Origin: a virus
DNA length: 64,000 bases
Virus record (IMG/VR): IMGVR_UViG_3300009124_000007
Span: 12,967-76,966 of that record
Direction: 5' to 3' (one strand)
Both the position numbers and the translations under genes were made by a program. Numbering within the stretch: the stretch's first letter is position 1; each line of letters opens with the position of its first letter. Shown here one piece after another: positions 47,260 through 57,080 of this stretch. A model generated the notes under the pieces. That model was not told the origin of the DNA and searched no databases. It saw only the letters and a program-made list of their open reading frames with translations.

Positions 47260-47667
47260 ATGACCTACGAAGCAACGGTCGAATTCAAGTTTGATGCTAC
47301 CTACACTCACTCCTATGGTGGATTTGGTTCTACTATTGGTGATGATGACTTCCTACCTGAAGAGCATTATGTGATCACTGCACCTGCTGCTGATCTCAAT
47401 GCCAAACAGTATTTCAAACTGTTTGAGAAGTTCATGCTATGTGTAGGCATGTGCCCCTCATCTATCAGATCAGGTGCTATGTCGTTGGTCTTCAACGATT
47501 ATGTTACTGAGGAAGAGCAGCGTAAGGTCTGTAAAGAGTATGAACTGACCATGGATGAGGACCTGGAGAAGAAATACCAGGACTTCAAAGAGCGTGATGC
47601 TCAGTGGGCAAAGATGAATGCTCATTATAAAAATAACTTTGAAGATAGTGCTAATGGAGTAGCATGA
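47260..47667 (+). CDS. conserved cyanophage hypothetical protein
   Basis: LPEEHYVITAPAADLNAKQYFKLFEKF. Confidence 0.7.
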   Translation: MTYEATVEFKFDATYTHSYGGFGSTIGDDDFLPEEHYVITAPAADLNAKQYFKLFEKFMLCVGMCPSSIRSGAMSLVFNDYVTEEEQRKVCKEYELTMDEDLEKKYQDFKERDAQWAKMNAHYKNNFEDSANGVA

Positions 47668-48062
47668 CTGAAAGGGATCGTAAAGCAGAGTATCAACGTT
47701 TATCACCAGAAGCAAAGGCAAGAAAGAGTGCTCGCAATCAACTACCAGAAGTAAAACAAAAGAAAAAAGAATACTATCAAAGAGACAAACATTTGATAAA
47801 GGAAAGATACCATCAGAATTTTGCTATTGTGGTCAAGTTCTTGGAAGAAAGAGATAACCATGAGGGATGTATCAAATGTGGTAGCAAAGAACGACTAGAA
47901 CTTGATCATATCAATCAACAAGACAAAAGTTGGAATCCAAAGCGTAGTATGGCTTCCAAAGTTTTATCAGAAAACTTTTGGGAAGAAATCAACAAGTGCC
48001 AACTCTTATGTTTTGATTGTCACAAACAAAAAACCATTCAACAACTTAGGAAAACCCCATGA
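47664..48062 (+). CDS. HNH endonuclease (putative free-standing homing endonuclease)
   Basis: CIKCGSKERLELDHI...KCQLLCFDCH; basic N-terminus; AT-rich. Confidence 0.85.
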   Translation: MTERDRKAEYQRLSPEAKARKSARNQLPEVKQKKKEYYQRDKHLIKERYHQNFAIVVKFLEERDNHEGCIKCGSKERLELDHINQQDKSWNPKRSMASKVLSENFWEEINKCQLLCFDCHKQKTIQQLRKTP

Positions 48063-48400
48063 CTATCCCACATTTCAAATCCCAACATGATTGGGAAGCA
48101 TTTACCCAAATCTTTGATAGTCAGTGGCATTGTAAGAAAGCACTGCTAGATCGTGTCAAAGATGATATGTTCCCCAATACATCCTGGAACGGACTTACCG
48201 CAAAGTCTATTGAAGTTATCAATGACATCGTAACAAATCTCCTGTACGATGTAGATCGTAAGTTCAAAGAGACCCACCAGGACTACAAGACTGAGGATGA
48301 TGAAATGTTCATTCCTTATCGCTCATTCAAAGAGAATGTGCTTGAAGCATTGAATGAAGCACTCACACCCTATGAGTTGCAATATAAGGAACCGCAGTGA
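48059..48400 (+). CDS. conserved hypothetical protein
   Basis: IPHFKSQHDWEAF...SFKENVLEAL. Confidence 0.65.
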   Translation: MTIPHFKSQHDWEAFTQIFDSQWHCKKALLDRVKDDMFPNTSWNGLTAKSIEVINDIVTNLLYDVDRKFKETHQDYKTEDDEMFIPYRSFKENVLEALNEALTPYELQYKEPQ

Positions 48401-48405
48401 TCTAA

Positions 48406-48591
48406 ATGTGGAGAATTTGGGCAAAAGCATTAGGGGAGAAGCATGGACGAAACGACAAAGAAGCAGATCTTATTGCTTGCATACGCACCATTATTTTTAT
48501 TTCTTACTTGGTCACTAACTGTTTTATTATATCTGGAGTAATTCGACACTGGAATGACGTACCACAATCCCAAATCGAAACCACCAAATGA
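48406..48591 (+). CDS. small membrane protein
   Basis: MWRIWAKALGEK...NCFIISGVIRHW. Confidence 0.7.
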   Translation: MWRIWAKALGEKHGRNDKEADLIACIRTIIFISYLVTNCFIISGVIRHWNDVPQSQIETTK

Positions 48592-48739
48592 TGATGAACT
48601 TATGGGAGAAATCGATGTCGATCGTGACATGCTTGAATGGTTGTATGGATTTGATGAAGACGAAGACACCTATGATGATCTCAGTGGTACAGAACTATGA
48701 CATATAGATATAGAGTGAGTGTTTGAACCAGATACATAG

Positions 48740-50077
48740 ATGGCATTTTACCGTCCTGAAGGAAACTTTGGACCTGTATGTGATCCTATTGGAGTTATCA
48801 CAGCAGGGTCGGATCCTGTTGTCATTGATGAACAAATTTCTGATAATGATTTCAAACCCTGCAAAGGGTTTGCTGAGTATCCACCCAATCCATCTTGGGT
48901 AACAATGCCAACTCAAACTAGAGTTCTTTGTAGGGAGATTGAAGGTGGTGCTGTCGAATATAAGTTTGAAACTGACATTGAATCGGATGCCCTTTATGTG
49001 GCAGAAGAGATCAATAGACGTATTGCCGAACTAACACTAGCAGCAGTACCACCTGCCGTTCCATTTGAACCATATGATCCCAATAGATATTGCCAAGAAT
49101 TTTTTGGTGATACAAAATTGTATCCTGAAACACTAAACGGGGTAACAACTTACTATAAACTAAAGTCAGTACCGAGATCTTATAGTGTCACCCACACTAC
49201 CTGGGATGATGAGATGAATGTAGAAGCAGCATGGATCTCACAGGGTGTCTGTAGTTTTGAAGATAAAACAATTGCTGGTGGTACTGCTGCATATGTTGTT
49301 ACTGACTTCACTGTAGACACTACAGGAACACACACTCTAAGATATAGATTTTCTAAACAGGGTGAGGTGTGGTTGAATTACTTTGATGAGAATCCAAACA
49401 ATAGAATACAGTTGTTGAATGTAACTGAGACCAGATCTTCTTATGACAACTCACAGTTTGAAACCAAACAAGTAACCCTTACTGAGGGAGATTATAAACT
49501 TTATATTGTAATTGAAAATCCAACAGTAGGAACTTTCAAGAAACTATGGGATGATTCTCCTGCTGCTGTAGGTATGCAAATCTATGAGGGTTCTTACAGC
49601 AGCAGTACGGTGAATGGTATACCTACCTCTGTGGGTATCGTAACATCAAGCAGTCAGGGTTCTACATACACAAGTTCCTGGGGTCAGAATTGGATCCGAG
49701 ATGATGATGATCAGTCTGGAGTGTTTGCACTTTCTGAAGGTGGACAAGAGTACAATGTTAGTTTCTCTAACTCTGGTCTCACAGGAACAGCAAAGGTAAA
49801 ACCAATTGTGACTCATACATATAACGCAACCACCCAACAAAATGAGTACATCACTACTGCAGAATGGACAGTCCATGATGTAACTGCATTTGGTAGTGGC
49901 AAATCAGTTGACGATAGGATCACTATCAGTTATACTGGATCTGTTGGTGGAACAATTACTGCAGACGTAAAAGTCTTTGCAGTTACAAATCAAACTACCA
50001 CTACAGGTACAAAGATTTGGTCCACAAGTGAAAACCTTACAGGTTATTTTAGGTCTACAACTCCCTTTGATGATTGA
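48740..50077 (+). CDS. putative virion/adhesin-like beta-rich protein
   Basis: FYRPEGNFGPVCD N-terminus; PA14-like and Thr/Ser-rich beta segments. Confidence 0.6.
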   Translation: MAFYRPEGNFGPVCDPIGVITAGSDPVVIDEQISDNDFKPCKGFAEYPPNPSWVTMPTQTRVLCREIEGGAVEYKFETDIESDALYVAEEINRRIAELTLAAVPPAVPFEPYDPNRYCQEFFGDTKLYPETLNGVTTYYKLKSVPRSYSVTHTTWDDEMNVEAAWISQGVCSFEDKTIAGGTAAYVVTDFTVDTTGTHTLRYRFSKQGEVWLNYFDENPNNRIQLLNVTETRSSYDNSQFETKQVTLTEGDYKLYIVIENPTVGTFKKLWDDSPAAVGMQIYEGSYSSSTVNGIPTSVGIVTSSSQGSTYTSSWGQNWIRDDDDQSGVFALSEGGQEYNVSFSNSGLTGTAKVKPIVTHTYNATTQQNEYITTAEWTVHDVTAFGSGKSVDDRITISYTGSVGGTITADVKVFAVTNQTTTTGTKIWSTSENLTGYFRSTTPFDD

Positions 50078-50349
50078 TGGAAATTAGTAAAGACAATCTA
50101 CCAGATTCTGTAAAGAAACTAATCGGTGACGATGAGTTTGTCATTGAAACTTTTTGTCCAGATCAAGACCCTGCTCTTACCGAAGCATTCGGTATGGATC
50201 CTGTCGAACGTGAGATTATGAAACTGCAATCTCAATATCAAATGAGAAAAGCAGTAGATGAACTGAACAAAGTTCGCTTCCCAAAGAAATATAAGAAGCG
50301 TAAAACTTCTAAAAAACATTCAGTTTTGGACGAGTTGAAAAACTTATAA
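50077..50349 (+). CDS. hypothetical protein
   Basis: ORF coupled to the previous gene; basic C-terminus. Confidence 0.6.
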   Translation: MEISKDNLPDSVKKLIGDDEFVIETFCPDQDPALTEAFGMDPVEREIMKLQSQYQMRKAVDELNKVRFPKKYKKRKTSKKHSVLDELKNL

Positions 50350-50418
50350 ATAAATTCACGCAACCAATTGTTACGTTTTACAACAGAGGATGGTGCCTCA
50401 ACTACTCGCGCCAATCTG

Positions 50419-50447
50419 TTGACCTGACCACGGTTATGTGGTATAAT
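50419..50447 (+). promoter_or_regulatory. sigma70 promoter
   Basis: TTGACC-17-TATAAT with extended TG. Confidence 0.75.
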
Positions 50448-50527
50448 AAACAAAGCGAAGGGTAGTCGAACCCTTCCGACATCTGTGGGTAACCATTCCA
50501 CAAGCAAAAATTACGAGGTAAACTACT

Positions 50528-50899
50528 ATGATCAAATCCGCATTCGCAGCTCTGGCTGCTGCTCCCCTTTTCGCTGGCGCTGCTTTTGCAGGTCCTTACG
50601 TGAACGTCGAAGCTAACTCTGGTTGGACTGGTTCTAACTATGGTGGCACCGCTATCGATAACCATATTGGTTACGAAGGTGCTCTGGGTGAGTCTGCTTC
50701 TTACTACGTTCAGGGTGGCGCTACCGTCAAACTTCCTGATGGTGGTGACGCTAAGTGGGTTCCTTCTGGTAAGGCAGGCGTTGGCGTCGGTCTGACCGAT
50801 TCTCTCGGTGCTTACGGCGAAGTCTCCTTCGTTGGCAGCGGCGAGTCTGGTGTTGACCGTGGTTACGGCACCAAAGCTGGTCTCAAGTGGACCTTCTGA
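50528..50899 (+). CDS. small outer-membrane beta-barrel protein
   Basis: Signal peptide, GPYVNVEANSG, C-terminal KAGLKWTF (Bam-type terminal Phe). Confidence 0.8.
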   Translation: MIKSAFAALAAAPLFAGAAFAGPYVNVEANSGWTGSNYGGTAIDNHIGYEGALGESASYYVQGGATVKLPDGGDAKWVPSGKAGVGVGLTDSLGAYGEVSFVGSGESGVDRGYGTKAGLKWTF

Positions 50900-50921
50900 T
50901 CCTTCCTACATAGCGTAGAAG

Positions 50922-50946
50922 TGGGGGACCTTCGGGTCCCCTTTTT
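50922..50946 (+). terminator. intrinsic terminator
   Basis: GGGGACC-TTCG-GGTCCCC-TTTTT. Confidence 0.85.
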
Positions 50947-50960
50947 ATTCGGAGATAATT

Positions 50961-51197
50961 ATGAACTTCAAAGTATATACACGTACAGGTTGCCCTTATT
51001 GTGATAAAGTAAAGGCAGTTCTTAGTGGCAAAGGACTTAGTTACAGTGAATATGTTCTCGATATTGATTTCAATCGAGAAAGTTTTTACCGTCAGTTCGG
51101 CAATGGTTCGACATTTCCCCAAGTTCTAATGGATGGTAAACAACTAGGTGGATGTACAGAAACAGTACAGTATCTACGGGAACAAAAACTCATCTAA
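50961..51197 (+). CDS. nrdC: glutaredoxin
   Basis: CPYC, TFPQV, GGC. Confidence 0.92.
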   Translation: MNFKVYTRTGCPYCDKVKAVLSGKGLSYSEYVLDIDFNRESFYRQFGNGSTFPQVLMDGKQLGGCTETVQYLREQKLI

Positions 51198-51266
51198 ATA
51201 ATTCTGAGTTTATCCAAAAGGAGGTTGGGTTTCCATAGATCACTAATAAACTAAGGAGGGAAACTC

Positions 51267-51506
51267 ATGGAAGTAGCACTAGTTGTACTAGTTGTACTTG
51301 GCGCTTTTATACTAGGTGGCGTAGTCATCTGGTCAGTAAAAGACCACGTTGATGCATTTATTGATAATGCTGCTTATGCCAAAGCAGTAACACATCCAGA
51401 AATGTTGGATGAAGACGGTAATGTATTACGTGATGAACTCATCTACATCCGTCCAGACAATTCCATTTGGGAAGACTGGGGGGATGAAGAAGAAGACGAA
51501 GATTGA
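51267..51506 (+). CDS. small membrane protein (DUF2973-like)
   Basis: TM followed by HPEMLDEDG. Confidence 0.7.
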   Translation: MEVALVVLVVLGAFILGGVVIWSVKDHVDAFIDNAAYAKAVTHPEMLDEDGNVLRDELIYIRPDNSIWEDWGDEEEDED

Positions 51507-51522
51507 TTATTGAGGTATCGCA

Positions 51523-51987
51523 ATGGCTAGACAATCACTTACTAATAGCAGTAAGAGACTATTGATTAGCGAAGTTTTACAGAAAGTTCACAACGCTAAG
51601 ACCAAAGTAGAAAAAATTTCTCTGCTTCGGAAACATAATAGTACTGCTCTTAGACAACTCTTGATTTGGAACTATGATGAATCTATAGAGAGCATGATCC
51701 CTGAGGGTGATGTTCCTTATACTCCTAATGATGCTCCTGCAGGAACCGAACACTCTCGGTTAGAGCAGGAGTATCGTGGTTTTTATCGCTTTGTAAAAGG
51801 TGGAGACAGCAGACTCCCCTCCCTGAAGAGAGAGTCCATGTTCATTCAACTTCTTGAAGGACTGCATGAGTCTGAAGCAGAGGTTCTGTGTCTTGTAAAA
51901 GATAAGAAACTCACAGACAAGTATCGTATTACATTCAAAGTAGTTCAAGAAGCATTTCCTCAGATTATATGGGGGGGACGCTCTTGA
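51523..51987 (+). CDS. conserved T4-like hypothetical protein
   Basis: LISEVL...PEGDVPY...RESMFIQLLEGLH. Confidence 0.8.
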   Translation: MARQSLTNSSKRLLISEVLQKVHNAKTKVEKISLLRKHNSTALRQLLIWNYDESIESMIPEGDVPYTPNDAPAGTEHSRLEQEYRGFYRFVKGGDSRLPSLKRESMFIQLLEGLHESEAEVLCLVKDKKLTDKYRITFKVVQEAFPQIIWGGRS

Positions 51988-52238
51988 AGTTTATCGCTAA
52001 GGATTGTGACCCATCTCTCGCACAGGATAGGTCACTTCCTTATACCGCATACTTGGTTGAGTACCTACAAGATGGCATGACCAAGTTTGATTTGGTGTAT
52101 GGTAATAAAAAGTCTGAAATCTTTGATCATTATTGGGATCTATACAGACATGATCTCATCAACATGACACAATCTGAAGGTAGAGTAAATCCTAAATTAT
52201 GGAACGATCCAAAGGCACAGAAAAAGAAAGGAAAATGA
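51984..52238 (+). CDS. conserved hypothetical protein
   Basis: DRSLPYTAYLVEY...EGRVNPKLW. Confidence 0.7.
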   Translation: MKFIAKDCDPSLAQDRSLPYTAYLVEYLQDGMTKFDLVYGNKKSEIFDHYWDLYRHDLINMTQSEGRVNPKLWNDPKAQKKKGK

Positions 52239-52510
52239 CTGTCTATCTCGATAAGAGGGCAGAGGAAGACCCAGACAAAAAGGAAGAAGAGCAGGAGGTA
52301 GAACTAGAAATACAAAAGAAACTTGCTGCGGTTGCTCTTGCTAAGTTCACCTGGCATTTTATTGCTGCACCTATTGCATTCTTTCTTCTCTGGAATTCTT
52401 GCTTGACACCTGTGCTAGGAATTGGTAAAATAGGATATCTAAAGTCATTAGGAATTTTGACTATAGCAGCAATTGTTAGAGGAGGTCCTAAGTTTGAGCC
52501 CAATGAATGA
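52235..52510 (+). CDS. small membrane protein
   Basis: Acidic N-terminus plus two hydrophobic segments. Confidence 0.6.
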   Translation: MTVYLDKRAEEDPDKKEEEQEVELEIQKKLAAVALAKFTWHFIAAPIAFFLLWNSCLTPVLGIGKIGYLKSLGILTIAAIVRGGPKFEPNE

Positions 52511-53204
52511 TGTGAAACTGGTTCAGGTTACACCTGATGCAGAAGCAATGATGGCATACATTGCCCGAGTGAGTAATCCGAATAATCAAGACAACCCTAA
52601 CTATGCCAAACTTCTAGGGTACTGCATCAAACATAACCACTGGTCTGTGTTTGAGCAGAGTTCTATGACCCTAGAGATAAATACTACTCGTGGCATCGCA
52701 GCACAAATCCTGCGCCACCGTTCGTTCACCTTCCAAGAGTTTTCTCAGCGGTATGCAGATACTAATCTGCTTGCCGATACAATCCCAACTCCTGAATTGC
52801 GTCGTCAGGATACTAAGAATCGTCAGAATTCTACTGATGATCTTGATTCCGAACTTACAAAAAGTTTACAGCGCCGCATGTCACATGTCTTTGCTGATAT
52901 AATGGATCTATATGATGACATGATTGCAGCAGGAGTGGCAAAAGAATGTGCTCGCTTTGTGCTCCCACTCGCAACGCCCACCAAAATTTACATGACGGGC
53001 ACATGTCGTTCATGGATCCACTACATTGAACTTCGCTCTGCTAATGGAACACAAAAAGAACACATGGATGTTGCACTGGGTGCTAAGCGCATCTTTACGT
53101 GTACGTTCCCTTCCGTCGCTGACGCATTGGGTTGGACTTGTCCTGATGACGATTGCAGGTGCGAAGAGATCCAAAACTACGCCCCCTCATTGATGATAGA
53201 GTAA
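52503..53204 (+). CDS. thyX: flavin-dependent thymidylate synthase
   Basis: HWSVFE, QILRHRSFTFQEFSQRY, ARFVLP, GTQKEH. Confidence 0.96.
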   Translation: MNDVKLVQVTPDAEAMMAYIARVSNPNNQDNPNYAKLLGYCIKHNHWSVFEQSSMTLEINTTRGIAAQILRHRSFTFQEFSQRYADTNLLADTIPTPELRRQDTKNRQNSTDDLDSELTKSLQRRMSHVFADIMDLYDDMIAAGVAKECARFVLPLATPTKIYMTGTCRSWIHYIELRSANGTQKEHMDVALGAKRIFTCTFPSVADALGWTCPDDDCRCEEIQNYAPSLMIE

Positions 53205-53434
53205 TGCCAACTTACCCAGTAATAAATAAGACCACAGGAGAAAAGAAAGAACTCCACATGTCCATGACTGAATACTGTGCCTGGAAGGATGAGAATCCTG
53301 ACTGGGACAAAGATTGGTCAGAAGGTTGCGGGGGAGTCTACTACGGCAAACCCAAACAATCTGATGGCTTCAAAGAGGTCATGAGTAAAGTCCAGAAAAA
53401 ACATCCTGGCGCTAACCTATCCCGATTTACCTAA
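53204..53434 (+). CDS. FmdB-like small conserved protein
   Basis: MPTYPVINKTTGE...DGFKEVMSKV. Confidence 0.7.
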   Translation: MPTYPVINKTTGEKKELHMSMTEYCAWKDENPDWDKDWSEGCGGVYYGKPKQSDGFKEVMSKVQKKHPGANLSRFT

Positions 53435-53435
53435 T

Positions 53436-54197
53436 ATGCCTAGATCTAGAAAGCGTAATAATGGTGCTCCTCCAGTACCTCCTGGTATGTCTGCCAAGCA
53501 AATCAAACGTCGTAAACCAATCGATGCATCTTACATGGTTCCTATTGAACCAGTAACAGACAACCAAGAATGGATGTTCAATGAGTATGCTCTAGGTAAA
53601 AACATGCTACTCCATGGTGTAGCAGGTACAGGCAAGACATTTATTACTCTCTACAATGCACTGAGAGAAGTGCTTGACGAGAACACTCCTTATGATAAAA
53701 TCTATATCGTAAGATCTCTAGTACCAACTCGTGAGATTGGTTTCCTTCCTGGGGATCATGAAGATAAATCATCGCTCTATCAGATTCCATACAAGAACAT
53801 GGTAAGATACATGTTCAGTATGCCTGACGATAATTCGTTTGAAATGCTTTATGATAACCTCAGAGCACAAGAAACTATTTCTTTTTGGTCTACTTCTTTT
53901 ATCCGTGGAGTTACTCTTGACAATGCTATTATCATTGTCGATGAGTTCTCTAATCTAAACTTCCATGAACTTGATTCTATCATTACCCGTGTTGGTGAAG
54001 ACTCTAAGATCATGTTCTGTGGTGACATCACTCAGTCTGACCTAACCAGAGAGAGTGAGAAAGCAGGCATCTCAGACTTCATGAAGATCATTCAAAACAT
54101 GGAAGAGTTTGCTTGTATTGAGTTTGGTATTGAAGATATTGTACGTTCTGGTCTAGTCAAATCTTACCTCCTGTCCAAATATAAACTTGGTTATTGA
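53436..54197 (+). CDS. phoH: PhoH-family ATPase
   Basis: GVAGTGKT, IGFLPG, FIRGVTLD, CGDITQSD. Confidence 0.95.
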   Translation: MPRSRKRNNGAPPVPPGMSAKQIKRRKPIDASYMVPIEPVTDNQEWMFNEYALGKNMLLHGVAGTGKTFITLYNALREVLDENTPYDKIYIVRSLVPTREIGFLPGDHEDKSSLYQIPYKNMVRYMFSMPDDNSFEMLYDNLRAQETISFWSTSFIRGVTLDNAIIIVDEFSNLNFHELDSIITRVGEDSKIMFCGDITQSDLTRESEKAGISDFMKIIQNMEEFACIEFGIEDIVRSGLVKSYLLSKYKLGY

Positions 54198-54868
54198 TGT
54201 TCAACTTTGTGAAAACCATCGACTTCGTAGAACCCAATGTGGTTCAGGAGAATGGTGTACGTTGGTATAAGTTCGGAAACCAAGATAAATACTATCCGAG
54301 TGTAACTTCTGTTACTGGCATTCGCTCCAAGAAGTCTATTGCTGAATGGAGAAAGCGTGTCGGTGAAGAAGAAGCAAACAAAGTATCTGCCAGAGCAACC
54401 TCACGCGGCACAGCGTTCCACCTACTCGCAGAAAAGTATCTCAAAGGTACTATCACCGAGAAAGATAAGGATCATCCTCTTGCATACTATATGTTCTCTT
54501 CAGCGAAGGACGCTCTTGACAAAATTGATAATATCCACTGCTTAGAAACACCATTGTATTCAGACTACCTCGGTCTCGCTGGGCGAGTCGATTGTATTGC
54601 TGAGTTTGATGGTGAACTAGCAGTCATAGACTTCAAGACATCCACTAAACCAAAAGAGGAGAAGTGGATTGAAAATTATTTTGTTCAAGAGACTGCCTAC
54701 GCTGCTATGTTTTTAGAACGTACAGGGTTAGAGGTAAAGAAAATTGTCACACTGGTCGCAGTCGAAGAGGGCTCTATTCAAATCTTTCAGAAGTACAATA
54801 TTGATGACTATTTACAATTACTCAAGTGCTACATCGAAGAATTCACTAGGAGCCAAACAAATGAATAA
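54194..54868 (+). CDS. PD-(D/E)xK exonuclease (Cas4-like phage exonuclease)
   Basis: YPSVT, RGTAFH, AGRVDCI, IDFKTS, QETAY. Confidence 0.88.
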   Translation: MMFNFVKTIDFVEPNVVQENGVRWYKFGNQDKYYPSVTSVTGIRSKKSIAEWRKRVGEEEANKVSARATSRGTAFHLLAEKYLKGTITEKDKDHPLAYYMFSSAKDALDKIDNIHCLETPLYSDYLGLAGRVDCIAEFDGELAVIDFKTSTKPKEEKWIENYFVQETAYAAMFLERTGLEVKKIVTLVAVEEGSIQIFQKYNIDDYLQLLKCYIEEFTRSQTNE

Positions 54869-55112
54869 GAAGGAAGTCGAAAAGAAATTTATGACTTCCG
54901 CAAAGTTTGCTGAAGAGATCGAAACCATTGTCAAAAATGGTAAGGGTCTGGTAAACTATATTGATGCTATCGTTTCATTCTGCTCAGAGAATGAGATCGA
55001 AATGGAAACAGTTCCCAAACTGATGTCTAAATCTCTGAAGCAAAAACTGCAATACGATGCACAAAAACTAAACTACATCAAAAAAACATCTAAAGGAGTT
55101 TTGCCATTGTGA
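54861..55112 (+). CDS. gp33: late-transcription co-activator
   Basis: FAEEIE...YIDAIVSFC...LKQKLQYDA; synteny with gp59 and gp32. Confidence 0.87.
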   Translation: MNKKEVEKKFMTSAKFAEEIETIVKNGKGLVNYIDAIVSFCSENEIEMETVPKLMSKSLKQKLQYDAQKLNYIKKTSKGVLPL

Positions 55113-55708
55113 CTGGGTTTGAAGTGTACCGCACTTATCTTGCATTGAAACAGCACTTCACTAAAGAACAGTATGATTTCTTCCAATATAAAGGAAAGGT
55201 CCGAGCAAATGAAACTTCCTTTCAGAAACGAAAGGATGTATATTTTTTCAAGAAACTAGGTGTGAAGTACAGTCATGAAGACTTACTTTACTACCTAGTT
55301 TCTAATTTTATTACAGACTTTGGTGGTTACATCAGAAACTTCAACGATGATGTATACAAAACTTGGAAAGTCAAGCAAGAATCTTTTACTTATAAATTCA
55401 AAGAGGACATCGAGTATTTACTAGACGAAGTTGATGCTCCTTACGAAGAGAATTTTGACAAACTATTCACTGCAAAGTCTGGAACACACCCCATCCTTTT
55501 GAAAAGTTTCTATGCTCAGGACATTAGTCTTGAAACGATGGCAGTGCTAGAGCATTGTCTTGGTTATGTAAATCAATTTGATAAGACACTAACAGATCCT
55601 GTGTGGAGAGAGACTAGACTAAAGATTGTCAAGTACATACCTTTCTTAGATATTGAATGTAGCAGATATAAAAAAGTAATCTTAGAAACAATAAGGAGAA
55701 AACTATGA
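55109..55708 (+). CDS. gp59: helicase loader
   Basis: YRTYLALKQHF...YDFFQYKGK...RKDVYFFKKL. Confidence 0.9.
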   Translation: MTGFEVYRTYLALKQHFTKEQYDFFQYKGKVRANETSFQKRKDVYFFKKLGVKYSHEDLLYYLVSNFITDFGGYIRNFNDDVYKTWKVKQESFTYKFKEDIEYLLDEVDAPYEENFDKLFTAKSGTHPILLKSFYAQDISLETMAVLEHCLGYVNQFDKTLTDPVWRETRLKIVKYIPFLDIECSRYKKVILETIRRKL

Positions 55709-56040
55709 GTTTTTTCAAGTCGGAAATCGTCCAACAAGATCTAGAAGAAATCTTTCAGACTTATCAATTCATCGCACATATGTCTGCCAATCTTCCAGAC
55801 ATGTCGCACCACGATAGAATTCAACACATCAATGACACCAAACAGCTTGTGGAAAAGCAGAAGTTGTTCTATACTAGGTTGTGTCTGGCGGCGTCGGAGG
55901 ATGCAGAAGCACTTCAGATGAAAGAGCGTATCGATGCATTGACACAAGCGTTCGGGTATGCTAATCTGAATGAGTGCGTGGAAGGGATGCTTGAAATCCT
56001 GAACGGCGCTATGAAAAAGGAGTTGGAAGAGAACTCCTAA
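55705..56040 (+). CDS. DUF1825-like protein
   Basis: FFKSEIVQ...KQKLFYTRLCL. Confidence 0.75.
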   Translation: MSFFKSEIVQQDLEEIFQTYQFIAHMSANLPDMSHHDRIQHINDTKQLVEKQKLFYTRLCLAASEDAEALQMKERIDALTQAFGYANLNECVEGMLEILNGAMKKELEENS

Positions 56041-56102
56041 ATAGTATCGGTACGCCGATACAGTACCAACAGACCAAATCCAATCTAATACGAGGTAATC
56101 CT
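56037..56102 (+). promoter_or_regulatory. late promoter plus gene-32 leader hairpin/pseudoknot
   Basis: CTAAATA; GTATCGG/CCGATAC stem; GGTAC/GTACC cross-pairing; A/C-rich spacer to the SD. Confidence 0.6.
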
Positions 56103-57077
56103 ATGTCTTTCGCAAGTCTCAAGAAGTCCAGTGGCAATAACTTTGCCAAACTTACTCAAGAAATTGAGAAGTTGAATCAACCCACCAGTGGTGGTGGTGC
56201 TGATGACCGTCTCTGGAAACCTGAACTTGACAAGAGTGGCAACTCTTATGCTGTTATCCGCTTCCTCCCTGCACCTGATGGTGAAGACCTGCCTTTCGCA
56301 AAGGTCTGGTCTCATGCTTTCAAAGGTCCTGGTGGTTGGTACATCGAGAACTCTCTAACTACTCTGGGTAAAAAAGATCCCGTGGGTGAACTGAACCGCG
56401 AACTGTGGAACAGTGGTGTTGAGTCGGATAAAGAAGTTGCCCGCAAGCAAAAACGTAAACTGTCCTATTATGCTAACATCTATGTTGTTAGTGATCCCAC
56501 TCGCCCTGAGAACGAAGGTCGGGTCTTCCTCTACAAGTTCGGGAAGAAAATCTGGGACAAGATTGTAGAGGCAATGCAACCCCAATTTCAAGATGAGACT
56601 CCTGTTGACCCCTTTGATCTGTGGAAGGGTGCGGATTTCAAACTGAAAGTCCGCCAGGTAGAAGGTTATTGGAACTATGATAAGTCTGAGTTTGCTTCTC
56701 CTAGCACTCTCGGTAACTTCGATGACGACGATCTCGAAAAGATCTGGCGTCAAGAATTCTCTCTGAAGGACTTCACTGATCCTCAGAACTTCAAGACCTA
56801 TGAAGAACTTCAACAGCGTCTCACTACTGTTCTCGCTACAGGTTCTGCACGTCCAAAGTTTGATGCAGAAACTGCTGAGGACGAAGAAACTGTCTCCTTC
56901 GGAGGCGGTGCTAACCAACGATTCGGATCCTCCTCTGGATCCAAACCTGAAACCCCTAAGCAGTCTTGGGCAGAAGAAGTATCTTCTTTCCGAGAGAAGG
57001 CGACTGCAGTTGCTCCATCAACTGATGATTCAGACGACACTCTCTCGTTCTTCGCAAAACTTGCAGAAGAAGATTGA
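56103..57077 (+). CDS. gp32: single-stranded DNA-binding protein
   Basis: AVIRFLPAP, WYIENS, YKFGKKIWDKI, NYDKSEF, acidic tail. Confidence 0.97.
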   Translation: MSFASLKKSSGNNFAKLTQEIEKLNQPTSGGGADDRLWKPELDKSGNSYAVIRFLPAPDGEDLPFAKVWSHAFKGPGGWYIENSLTTLGKKDPVGELNRELWNSGVESDKEVARKQKRKLSYYANIYVVSDPTRPENEGRVFLYKFGKKIWDKIVEAMQPQFQDETPVDPFDLWKGADFKLKVRQVEGYWNYDKSEFASPSTLGNFDDDDLEKIWRQEFSLKDFTDPQNFKTYEELQQRLTTVLATGSARPKFDAETAEDEETVSFGGGANQRFGSSSGSKPETPKQSWAEEVSSFREKATAVAPSTDDSDDTLSFFAKLAEED

Positions 57078-57080
57078 TCG

